From: Myxococcota bacterium
Lineage (GTDB): Bacteria; Myxococcota; JACRCW01
Assembly (NCBI GenBank): GCA_040752415.1
Contig: JBFMGU010000010.1
Coordinates: 1 to 64,000, forward strand
Length of the DNA: 64,000 bases
Direction of reading: 5' to 3'
In this document: piece by piece, positions 42,931 to 52,800 of the stretch
How positions within the stretch are numbered: position 1 is the first letter of the stretch
How the letters are laid out: each line of letters begins with the position of its first letter
Program-made: the position numbers and the translations under genes
The notes under the pieces: generated by a model
Database searches by the model: none
What the model saw: the letters and a program-made list of their open reading frames with translations, nothing else
What the model was told of the DNA's origin: nothing

Positions 42931-44685
42931 TCACGGAGGACGCTCCCATGGGGGCCTCCGCGGCAAGGTGACAACGAAGGTGGTGCCATCCCGGTCGGGT
43001 GACTGGACCGTGACGCTCCCGCCGTGGGCACGCGCGATCTCGCGGACGATGTAGAGGCCCAGCCCGAGCCCGCTGCCGGACTCCTGGGGGCCCGTGCCAC
43101 GACGGAACGGCTCGAAGAGGCAAGCCTGCGCCTCCTTGGGAATCGGCGGACCGGGATTGTGGACCTCCAGCGTCACCACGTCCGCGCTGGCGCCCACCCG
43201 GACGGACACGGTCCCGGTGCTGTACTTCAGCGCGTTGGCGACGAGGTTGGAGAGAGCCTGGCCCAGCCGCTCCGGGTCGGCGTCCACGGTGATGGGGCAG
43301 GGCGCCTCGAACTGGATCTCCCGTCCGGGATGCGCCAGTCGGAGCTCCTCCACCACGTTCTCCAGCGGGTCGCACACGTCCACGTGGCGTCTTGCCAGCG
43401 GCAGGGGAACGCCCTGCTGGAGCCGCGCGTAGTCCATGAGCTGGGACACCATCTCCGTCATGCGTTGGACGCTGTTGCCCATCCGCTCCAGGATGCGTGC
43501 GTCCGGCGGGGCCAGCGCTCCACGTCGTCGCAGCAGCGAGATTCCCAACGTCACCGCGCCCAGCGGGTTGCGCAGGTCATGCGTGACAATGGCCAGCAGG
43601 CGGTCTCTCAGCTTCACCGCCTCCTCGGTGCGAACGCGCTCCGCACGCTCCCGCTCCTCCGCCATCCGCCTGGCCTGCAGCGCTCTCTCCGCCTGCGCGC
43701 GCGCCCGCGTCTGACGGTGGGTGAGGAAGAAGAGGAGCACGCTGGCCACGGTGCCGACAAAACCGGAGGCCGGGACGCTGCGCGGTGTCGTCGAGAATCC
43801 GGCAGGCGCGCGGAATCGGATGGTCCAGGTGTGCTGGGCAATCTGCACCTGGCGCGTCGCCTCGAAGGTTGTCTTCCAGCCCGGTGCCAGGGGCTCGGAC
43901 AGCAGCGCCGCGGGGTCCGCGGATGGCCCGTCATAGACCTCGAACGGCAACGGCGAGCGTCCGCCGGAAAAGCTCCCCCGCACGAAGTCCTCCGCGCGGA
44001 ACGGCGCGTAGGAAAAGCCCATCAGCTGTGCGCGCCGCTCCTCCACCGTCGCGGGTATGCCGCCTCCCCGATACACGGGCACGTAGATGAGGAACCCCGC
44101 CTGTTTCCGGCCCTCAATCTCCTGGACCAGCGTCACCTTTCCGGACAGCTGGGGCCGCGCGTGGTCCCGGGCGCTCTCCATCGCCTCACGACGTACCGGG
44201 TGCGTGAACATGTCGTAGCCAACCGCGGCGAGATTGCGCGCGTCTTCGGGCTCAAGGAATTCAATCGTGTGGTACTCGTCGCGGACGCCCTCGGGCCATA
44301 CCCGGAACGAAGGCCGCTGCTCCCGCTGTCTGGCCACGAACGACGCGACTTCATCTGGAGTTAGTCTCCGCGTGAACCCGATGCCCTGGATGCCAGGGTA
44401 ATAGCTGTCGATGCGCAGGCGCGTGACGTATCGGTGGAACTGCCCGGCGTCGACCTCCTCAACAGCGTGGTAGAGGCCGGCCGCGCCGCGAAGCACCGCG
44501 ATGTAGACCTGCAGCCTGGTCTCCAGGGCGGACTCCGCCTCGACCATCAGGACCTCGAAGCGGTGCCGGTCGCGGTCATGGAACGCGCGCTGCAGCGTGG
44601 TCACGCCCGCAGTGGTGGTTGCCAGGCCCAGGACCAGGACCACCCAGGGGAGCCATTCACGTCGTGATCGGAGGCGCGCCACCAC
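42931..44685 (-). CDS. CHASE-domain sensor histidine kinase
   Basis: YPGIQGIG, NLAAVGYDM, LSGKVTLVQE (CHASE); THDLRNPL; GLGLGLYI. Confidence 0.92.
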   Translation of the reverse strand: MVARLRSRREWLPWVVLVLGLATTTAGVTTLQRAFHDRDRHRFEVLMVEAESALETRLQVYIAVLRGAAGLYHAVEEVDAGQFHRYVTRLRIDSYYPGIQGIGFTRRLTPDEVASFVARQREQRPSFRVWPEGVRDEYHTIEFLEPEDARNLAAVGYDMFTHPVRREAMESARDHARPQLSGKVTLVQEIEGRKQAGFLIYVPVYRGGGIPATVEERRAQLMGFSYAPFRAEDFVRGSFSGGRSPLPFEVYDGPSADPAALLSEPLAPGWKTTFEATRQVQIAQHTWTIRFRAPAGFSTTPRSVPASGFVGTVASVLLFFLTHRQTRARAQAERALQARRMAEERERAERVRTEEAVKLRDRLLAIVTHDLRNPLGAVTLGISLLRRRGALAPPDARILERMGNSVQRMTEMVSQLMDYARLQQGVPLPLARRHVDVCDPLENVVEELRLAHPGREIQFEAPCPITVDADPERLGQALSNLVANALKYSTGTVSVRVGASADVVTLEVHNPGPPIPKEAQACLFEPFRRGTGPQESGSGLGLGLYIVREIARAHGGSVTVQSPDRDGTTFVVTLPRRPPWERPP

Positions 44686-44877
44686 ACAAACCTAGCGGCG
44701 GCGGCGGGCCGGTTCCGGCGGAACGCGGGCGCAAGCGTGGCGGAGCGGTGGGTGCTGCCGGACGTGATGCCAACCGCTAAAGCGCGCCTGGGACTTGCGT
44801 GCAGGCGGGAAGACGCCCGCGCCCACGCTGGTGGTGTCGGATCCGCACCCGCATCACTTCGGGGAGTTGGAGGCCTG

Positions 44878-46509
44878 ATGGCTGAGACGGAAGGCAGGCC
44901 CGTCAACATCCTCGTCGTGGACGACCGACCGGCAAACGTGCGCGCCATCGAAGCCATCCTGGACCAGCCGGACTACCGGATTGTGCCCGCGCTCAGCGGC
45001 GAGGAGGCGCTGCGCCAGGTCCTGCACCAGGACTTTGCGGTGATCCTGCTGGACGTGGCCATGCCCGGGATGGATGGCTTCGAGACGGCGGCGCTCATCA
45101 AGCAGCGGGAGGCGTCCCGGGAGATTCCCATCATCTTCGTCACCGCCACGGTCTACGAGATGGAACAGGTGTTCCACGGCTACACCATGGGCGCGGTGGA
45201 CTACCTGCTCAAGCCCCTGGACCCGCACGCGCTGCGCGCCAAGGTGTCCGTCTTTGTGCAGCTGTTCCGCCAGCGACGCCGGATTGCCGAGCAGGCGGAG
45301 CAGCTCCGGGAGGCGGAGCGGCGCCAGGGGGAGCTGGAGATGATGCGTGTCCGCTTCGAAGCGGAACGACGCTACCGTAACCTGGCCGAAGCGGTACCGC
45401 AGATTGTGTGGCGGGCCACGCCGGATGGCACCTGGGAGTACGTGAACCGTCGCTGGCTGGAGGCCACCGGGCTCGCACCCGGCCAGGCCCTGGGCGAGGG
45501 CTGGACCCACGCCTTGCATCCCGCCGACGTGGACCCGCACCGCTTGAGCTGGCAGGAATCCGTGCGCTCCGGTGCCCCGTTCGAGCGGGAGTCGCGCCTG
45601 CGCAGCGCGGAAGGGTCCTACCGCTGGTACCTGTGTCGCGCGTTGCCGGAGCGGAGCGCGGAGCAGGGGATCACCGGCTGGCTGGGCACCTTCACCGACG
45701 TCGACGACCAGAAACGCCGCGCGGAGGAGCGGGCGGAGCTGCTGGAGCGGGCGGAGGAGGGCGTGCGCACGCGGGACACCTTCCTGGCGGTGGCCGCGCA
45801 TGAATTGAAGACGCCGCTGACGCCCCTGCGCCTGGAGACGCAGCTCCTCCGTCGGGCGCTGGAGCAGGGCGTGCGCGAGCAGCTGGTGCCGGAGCGGGTG
45901 ATGCCGCGCCTGCAGCTGATGGAGCGGCAGATTGGCCGCCTGGAGCGGCTCACCAATGACCTGCTGGAGGTGGCCCGCGCCACCCGCGGCTACCTGGAGC
46001 TGCAGCGCGACACGGTGGACCTCTCCGCGCTGCTGACCGAGGTGGTGGCGCGTCACCAGCAGGAGGCGGAGCGCGGCGGCACGCCCATGCACGTCAACGT
46101 GCAGCCCGGCGTCGTCGGATACTGGGATGCCGGCCGGCTGGAGCAGGTGTTCACCAACCTGATCTCCAACGCCATCAAGTACGGGCGCGGCCAACCCATC
46201 CTGGTGACGCTGGACGTTGATGACGTGCAGGCCCGCATCCGCGTGCAGGACCACGGCATCGGGGTGCCACCGGAGAGCCAGCAGCGCATCTTCGAGCGGT
46301 TCGAGCGCGCGGTCTCGTCGGTGCACTACGGCGGGCTGGGGCTGGGGCTGTGGATCTCACAGAAGATCGTCGAGGCGCATGGCGGCCGCATCGAGCTGGA
46401 CAGCCAGCCGGGCGCCGGCGCCACCTTCACCGTGTTCCTTCCCCGGCGGGTCGTCGAGAAACAGGACGACGCCACGGCGTACCTGTCCCACTCCGCCTCC
46501 CCTGCTTGA
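44878..46509 (+). CDS. Hybrid REC-PAS-histidine kinase
   Basis: ILVVDD...LLDVAMP REC; PAS; AHELKTPL; NAIKYG; GLGLGLW; GGAGG RBS before ATG 44878. Confidence 0.92.
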   Translation: MAETEGRPVNILVVDDRPANVRAIEAILDQPDYRIVPALSGEEALRQVLHQDFAVILLDVAMPGMDGFETAALIKQREASREIPIIFVTATVYEMEQVFHGYTMGAVDYLLKPLDPHALRAKVSVFVQLFRQRRRIAEQAEQLREAERRQGELEMMRVRFEAERRYRNLAEAVPQIVWRATPDGTWEYVNRRWLEATGLAPGQALGEGWTHALHPADVDPHRLSWQESVRSGAPFERESRLRSAEGSYRWYLCRALPERSAEQGITGWLGTFTDVDDQKRRAEERAELLERAEEGVRTRDTFLAVAAHELKTPLTPLRLETQLLRRALEQGVREQLVPERVMPRLQLMERQIGRLERLTNDLLEVARATRGYLELQRDTVDLSALLTEVVARHQQEAERGGTPMHVNVQPGVVGYWDAGRLEQVFTNLISNAIKYGRGQPILVTLDVDDVQARIRVQDHGIGVPPESQQRIFERFERAVSSVHYGGLGLGLWISQKIVEAHGGRIELDSQPGAGATFTVFLPRRVVEKQDDATAYLSHSASPA

Positions 46510-46535
46510 GGCGCATTCCAGAACCCGAGGTCGTG

Positions 46536-46919
46536 ATGGTTGGTAGGATCCTCCTGATTGAAGACGACGCTGACATCCGTGAGTCCATGGCGGACGTGCT
46601 CCGCCTGGATGGCCACGACGTGCAATGCGCCGCCGACGGCGCCAGCGCGCTCCAACTCGTCCTGGGGGGGGCCCGCCCCTCGGTGATCCTGTTGGACATG
46701 ATGATGCCGGGCATGAGCGGTGCGGAGTTCCTGGAGCAGTGCCACAGCAACGCGCTGCTGGCCGGCATCCCGGTGGTGGTGGTCACCGCGTACTCGCAGG
46801 TTCCGCCCATCGCGCGCACCGCGGACGCCATGTTGAACAAGCCGGTCCACGTTGACGAGCTGCTCACGCTCACCCGCCAGCTCGTGGCCCGCCAGGTGCC
46901 GCCGGCCCCGGTGGTGTGA
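46536..46919 (+). CDS. Single-domain response regulator
   Basis: ILLIEDD...LLDMMMP...KP. Confidence 0.9.
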   Translation: MVGRILLIEDDADIRESMADVLRLDGHDVQCAADGASALQLVLGGARPSVILLDMMMPGMSGAEFLEQCHSNALLAGIPVVVVTAYSQVPPIARTADAMLNKPVHVDELLTLTRQLVARQVPPAPVV

Positions 46920-47104
46920 ACACGGAGTAGGCCGGGGACCCAACGCCTTCCGGCATCGATGACGGAATCATCGCCCGCCTGGGGCGCTGATCCGAGCGGC
47001 GACGAGGCAGTGCTCAACGCTTTCTGGCAACGAGGACGGAATCGCTGGCGGCGAAGCGCCTGGAACGCTCTCTCCCCGCGGCCGCTGTGGGCTGATTTGA
47101 GACG

Positions 47105-47431
47105 TCAGTTGCCAGCATCAGGTAGTCCCGCATCTGGCTGGATGGGGAACTTCAGAGAATCGGCGCAGTCCGCGAAATAGAAGCTGCAGTACCAGGAGTG
47201 GCCGGCGTCATTCCTTCCCTCGTAGTAGCAACGGTCGAACTCGCCGCCCTCCGGGTCCGAGGGGCACACGGTTCCGCAGGTCCCGCCGTCTGGTCCGAGC
47301 CCACTGCTGAAAGATGCACCGCGGCCGCAACTGTTTGGGATCTCGTCAGTTGCGGGGTTACCCGGTGGAGGACACCCGACGCACGCGAGCCAGCCCGCAG
47401 CGACGAGAATCCTACTGAGCCGCGTACTCAT
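47105..47431 (-). CDS. Small Cys-rich lipoprotein
   Basis: Lipobox-like LACVGC; six further Cys; PDAGLPDAG tail. Confidence 0.6.
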   Translation of the reverse strand: MSTRLSRILVAAGWLACVGCPPPGNPATDEIPNSCGRGASFSSGLGPDGGTCGTVCPSDPEGGEFDRCYYEGRNDAGHSWYCSFYFADCADSLKFPIQPDAGLPDAGN

Positions 47432-47927
47432 ACACGCGATTATCACTCTCAGCTGACAACAGTAGATGACCGGCATCAGATCGCCCCACGAGGTAGTTGC
47501 GGACTTGGTCGGAGGGACAAGTGAAGAAGACACTTACCACTCCCGTCTGGAAAGGACTCCACGTTCCCACGGAAACACGATGACGCCCACCATCAGCGTC
47601 TTCGAAGGCCAACCGGACGTGGGACGACGTGATCGTCGCGGTTCCTTTCAACACCTCCGGTTCCGTCCCATCAGGTACAGAGTGTGTCACCACTGAAATG
47701 AGTTCATGGAACCCTTCCGGCAATTCGGAAACTGTCCCAAGCGATTGTGGACGCGGTGACTGAGTCGTGGTGCCAAAGACAAGGTACGTTCCTTCCAAGT
47801 TCTCTTCGCACGCGAGAGGTTGTGGGCCCGCGTCGCCTTGACCTCCATCGGTACCAGCGTCGGCCTGAGACATCCCGGTGCAGGCCGAGGTCATGAGCAA
47901 CAGCGCGAGGCCAACGTGTCTTCTCAT
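47412..47927 (-). CDS. Hypothetical lipoprotein
   Basis: MRRHVGLALLLMTSAC lipobox; DAGTDGGQGDAG linker; ATGA overlap with the M23 gene stop. Confidence 0.7.
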   Translation of the reverse strand: MRRHVGLALLLMTSACTGMSQADAGTDGGQGDAGPQPLACEENLEGTYLVFGTTTQSPRPQSLGTVSELPEGFHELISVVTHSVPDGTEPEVLKGTATITSSHVRLAFEDADGGRHRVSVGTWSPFQTGVVSVFFTCPSDQVRNYLVGRSDAGHLLLSAESDNRVYEYAAQ

Positions 47928-49639
47928 GGCAAGCACTCCATGGCGCACGATTCCGTCGAGACCCGAGTACTTACCTCAACACGAATGCACCCGTAGCCAA
48001 AGGGCGCAACGAAACATCCCTGGGAGCTGGGACAGTTTGTGGTTGACCCGCACGTAACCGGGGTGACGATCGCCGAGTGCACAGGCCTTACACAGGATCC
48101 GTTTTGCATGTAGCAGCCCCTTACCTCGGGGCACTGGTTTGTGCATGGCCACGTTGAGCACCGCCCGTTTGAGCAGGCAAGACCAACCGTGCAATGTTCA
48201 TCACGGGAACACGTCGAACCAAGTGGCCTCTTCAAGCGGCATGCAGGCCCGCCAGTGAGGTCCTTTCCGCAGAACGTTTCGGATCCGCAGTCATTGTCGG
48301 TCACACAGGGATCGAACTCGTACCCCTTTGTGAGCCGCGACATCAGGACGACCTCGTCGTTCTCCGCCAACTGAGCCATAAACGCTCGGTCCTCAGGCAC
48401 ACAGACCAAGTTCGGAACCTCCCGAGTGAGGTCACCGCTCTCCGGGTGCGTTCCCCACCAAAGCCTGTGCGTGAACGGATCGACAATGTACGTCTGCCGC
48501 TCGAACTCCCAGGTATCCAGCGGAATCGACTGAGGCATGGACCAGAAGCGAGGATCCACCGGGCGACGAAGCTCGAAATGGACATGGGGAGCGGATGACG
48601 GGCCAGCGCTCCCAATTCGCGCAAGGGGTTGCCCGCACTTCACTTCCTCGTTCAGCTTGACCACAGGGCTGTTCTTCATGTTGTGAACGTAGCGAGAGAC
48701 CGTTCCATCGGAATGCTTGATACTGAGGATGTTCGAGGCATTGCCGCCGCCGGGACACACGCTCGGTCCTGCGGAGCCGTGACAGCGGTCCTCATTGCCG
48801 TCAACCAATTCCACGACGACCCCGCCCGCCGCCGCCAGCAGCTCGATTCCACCGAGCTCCATCATGCGAAAGCCCGGCCTTCCAGAGCCGAAATCGATCG
48901 CATTGTGGTTGTCCATCGCAGGGCCCGCAGAGCCCTTGATGACGCCACGTTTCCAATCAACGTCGACTCTGTTGCCAGCTTCAATCCATCGGGTGAGATA
49001 GTAGGGTGCGCTGAGTCTCACCGTCGGGCCCGGGTCGACAGAGGAATCGAAGTCGTCGAGGAACCAATCGCGCGAAAAACCTGCCTGAAGGGCCCCGCGG
49101 GCTTCCTCGTGTACCATGACGCTCGCAGTCGCCGTCGTCGAGTTCACAAGGGAAAACCTGTTTGTGTAACTCGAAAACGCGACTGACGCATCGCGCATTT
49201 CAGAAAACGAGACGAAGCGAACGCGATCTCCTCGCCTCACTGTTCCGGGCCCCGCGGTCCGCTCCAAGAGCCATATTGAATTGCTGTAGTCATAGACCGA
49301 CTCGGCACTGGCGGGACCCTGATGGATGTGGTTGGTCGTCAAGAACCGCCCTTGGTCTGCTGTGGTGCCGATGGCTGCATAGAATGTCACCAAGTCGCCG
49401 TGTTCGAGCGCACCTCCGTTGAGATCGAGGAGGATGAGGTTTCCGTTGCCCGCAGTCTGGACCGTGCTGAACGTGTTTAGGTTGAGCGGATTGACCGTTA
49501 GTGAGCGGCGCCAGAATGTCGTGTCCCGGATAGCCACGCTGTACGTCCTCTGGAAGGCGTGTGCCATATCCGAGAATGCCAGGCACTGGACCAACGTCGC
49601 GACGAAAAGGAAGAACTTCATGCGGGCGCCACAGGACAT
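47924..49639 (-). CDS. Secreted M23 family metallopeptidase with fascin-like N-domain and Cys-rich C-terminus
   Basis: Signal peptide; HNAID (HxxxD) and PHVHFE (HxH) motifs; DLNGGALEHGD beta-trefoil-like motif; many C-terminal Cys; AAGGAG RBS. Confidence 0.85.
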   Translation of the reverse strand: MSCGARMKFFLFVATLVQCLAFSDMAHAFQRTYSVAIRDTTFWRRSLTVNPLNLNTFSTVQTAGNGNLILLDLNGGALEHGDLVTFYAAIGTTADQGRFLTTNHIHQGPASAESVYDYSNSIWLLERTAGPGTVRRGDRVRFVSFSEMRDASVAFSSYTNRFSLVNSTTATASVMVHEEARGALQAGFSRDWFLDDFDSSVDPGPTVRLSAPYYLTRWIEAGNRVDVDWKRGVIKGSAGPAMDNHNAIDFGSGRPGFRMMELGGIELLAAAGGVVVELVDGNEDRCHGSAGPSVCPGGGNASNILSIKHSDGTVSRYVHNMKNSPVVKLNEEVKCGQPLARIGSAGPSSAPHVHFELRRPVDPRFWSMPQSIPLDTWEFERQTYIVDPFTHRLWWGTHPESGDLTREVPNLVCVPEDRAFMAQLAENDEVVLMSRLTKGYEFDPCVTDNDCGSETFCGKDLTGGPACRLKRPLGSTCSRDEHCTVGLACSNGRCSTWPCTNQCPEVRGCYMQNGSCVRPVHSAIVTPVTCGSTTNCPSSQGCFVAPFGYGCIRVEVSTRVSTESCAMECLP

Positions 49640-49809
49640 AGGTGCTCTCCTTTGAGGCGATGCCCTACCAGTGCTGTGGGTTGTGGTCAAGCTTCGACCG
49701 AAGCCCGAAGCTGCGCGCGCCCTGCGCAGGGCACGATGCGCGTCATTCGTTCCTAATAGTCAAGTAGGCGAAACGATTTCCAGGAGACCTCGGGCAAAGA
49801 GGTGATGCG

Positions 49810-52800
49810 GTGGTGCGCCGCCTCCGGCATCGAGGACGCGATCACCACTGGCCTTGCCCAGCGTCGGCCCAACCGTGCCACTGCTCAACGCCTCCCGGCA
49901 TCGTGGACGGAATCACCTGGGCCAACCTGCCCACGCGCACGGATGTCTCCGAAGTGCTCAGCGCCTTCCGGCATCAAGGACAAATCACCCGCACCGATCG
50001 CACCGGCAAGATGCTGGAGGCGCTGCAGCGCCTTCCCGCATCGAGGAAGGATCACGCAGTTCCGGGAACTGTTTGGACCCAACGCCTGGTGCTCAACGCC
50101 TTCGGGCATCGAGGACGGAATCACCGCACGCTGGCCTCCAGCTCTCCCACGCGCTGCTGGTGCTCAACGCCTTCCGGCATCGCGGACGGAATCACAACCC
50201 CGCGATGCGCACGCCCGTCGGACCTCACCGGTGCTCAACGCCTTCCGGCATCGAGGACGGAATCACCTCGGCAATGCGACGGTCAAGTTCGCCAACGCGA
50301 CCGGGTGCTCAACGCCTTCCGGCATCGAGGACGGAATCACCCTTGCCACCGGCAACACCGGCGGCGTCGAGGCGCTGTGCTCAACGCCTTCCGGCATCGA
50401 GGACGGAATCACACGCCGGCCAGCGCTTCTCGAGGCCAGCGTTGGCGTGCTCAACGCCTTCCGGCATCGAGGACGGAATCACGCGTGGCGGGGACGATGG
50501 CGGCCAGCGCCGTCACCACGTGTGCTCAACGCCTTCCGGCATCGAGGACGGAATCACGCTGCCATTGCCCAGGGTCAGCAACAGGAGCACGAGGTGCTCA
50601 ACGCCTTCCGGCATCGAGGACGGAATCACCCGGTACTCACCGGGCCTGCGCTGGATGTCGTGAGGTGCTCAACGCCTTCCGGCATCGAGGACGGAATCAC
50701 CCGGGGGCCGCGGTGGTGATGGCATCGCAGTGGCGTGCTCAACGCCTTCCGGCATCGAGGACGGAATCACGAGGCGACCGCCTTCGAGCGCGGGGACGTG
50801 CTCCGGTGCTCAACGCCTTCCGGCATCGAGGACGGAATCACTCAACGACGCTGCCGACGCGTTCAAGACGGTGTCCCGTGAGTGCTCAACGCCTTCCGGC
50901 ATCGAGGACGGAATCACCTCATGGTTCGCGCGGACCTGACAACGGCCTGGTAGTGCTCAACGCCTTCCGGCATCGAGGACGGAATCACTTTTCGGGGTGG
51001 TTTCACGACGACACGCGGTTTCGTGCTCAACGTCTTCCGGCATCGAGGACGGAATCACGCAACGTTGCTCCGTCGGCGGGCGCCGTCGAGCAGTAAAGTG
51101 CTCAACGCCTTCCGGCATCGAGGACGGAATCACTTCTGGAGGGAGTTTGCTGCGGGGGTCGTCATGGGGTGCTCAACGCCTTCCGGCATCGAGGACGGAA
51201 TCACACGCGCTCGTGTCGCACCGGCTCGCGGCCACGGAACACGTGCTCAACGCCTTCCGGCATCGAGGACGGAATCACCGATGACCGCCCCCGTCGCCGT
51301 TGCCACCAAGGCGTGCTCAACGCCTTCCGGCATCGAGGACGGAATCACGTGCCGGCAGGCGACAACGCCGGGGAGAGCAGAATCCTGTGCTCAACGCCTT
51401 CCGGCATCGAGGACGGAATCACATGCGAAAGCCTGGCGCGGTGGTGGCGCGCGTCGACGAGTGCTCAACGCCTTCCGGCATCGAGGACGGAATCACGAGC
51501 CGGATGCGGACGATGTTCTGCAGGTGGTTGACGTGCTCAACGCCTTCCGGCATCGAGGACGGAATCACAGACCGCGCCTTCCCACAGCGTGCGTGGCCGC
51601 CAGCGGTGCTCAACGCCTTCCGGCATCGAGGACGGAATCACGCGTGCGCGGCCGCTTCCCCGCGCAAGGCGACGAGTGCTCAACGCCTTCCGGCATCGAG
51701 GACGGAATCACACACCGTCGGCGGGCTGTACTTCCCCAACGAGTACAAGTGCTCAACGCCTTCCGGCATCGAGGACGGAATCACCAATGTACGGATTGAG
51801 GCGTCCCGACGTCGGATGCACGTGCTCAACGCCTTCCGGCATCGAGGACGGAATCACGCCCGCACAAAGCGGGCAGCGCAGGCGCAGGTGCGTTGTGCTC
51901 AACGCCTTCCGGCATCGAGGACGGAATCACGACGGCGCAGGCGCACGTGTGGTCCCTTTGGCGCGCGTGCTCAACGCCTTCCGGCATCGAGGACGGAATC
52001 ACCGTGTGCGAATCCGACGACAAGTGCCCCGGAGGTGTCGGTGCTCAACGCCTTCCGGCATCGAGGACGGAATCACGGACGTACACCGGTCGCCCGGCGG
52101 TGCCCTTGTTGGCGATGTGCTCAACGCCTTCCGGCATCGAGGACGGAATCACCGTTCCAAGCGCCGCCCTCCGCCGCCGGGTAATCCTGTGCTCAACGCC
52201 TTCCGGCATCGAGGACGGAATCACACAGTGAGCCGCGCCTTCAGGAGGGGCAGGCCCAGGTGCTCAACGCCTTCCGGCATCGAGGACGGAATCACTTCCA
52301 GCGGCCACGTCTGCCAATCGAAGTCCACCGTGTGCTCAACGCCTTCCGGCATCGAGGACGGAATCACTTCCAGCGGCCACGTCTGCCAATCGAAGTCCAC
52401 CGTGTGCTCAACGCCTTCCGGCATCGAGGACGGAATCACTTCCAGCGGCCACGTCTGCCAATCGAAGTCCACCGTGTGCTCAACGCCTTCCGGCATCGAG
52501 GACGGAATCACACCAATCGCCGGCGCCCTGCGGATCCTGACCTCGTTTTGTGCTCAACGCCTTCCGGCATCGAGGACGGAATCACGTCTGAACCCGGGTT
52601 GCCTCCTGGTCCAGGTTCAAGTGCTCAACGCCTTCCGGCATCGAGGACGGAATCACACGCGCTTCAACCTCAGCTTCGCCGACGGCACCGTGTGCTCAAC
52701 GCCTTCCGGCATCGAGGACGGAATCACACCGCCTCCCCACTCTCGGCCTGCTGCGGATCAAGCAGTGCTCAACGCCTTCCGGCATCGAGGACGGAATCAC

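Noticed and set aside
46920..50195. CRISPR-associated transposon or integrated element at the trailer end
   Set aside because: No tns, integrase, tRNA or terminal repeats are visible in the window.
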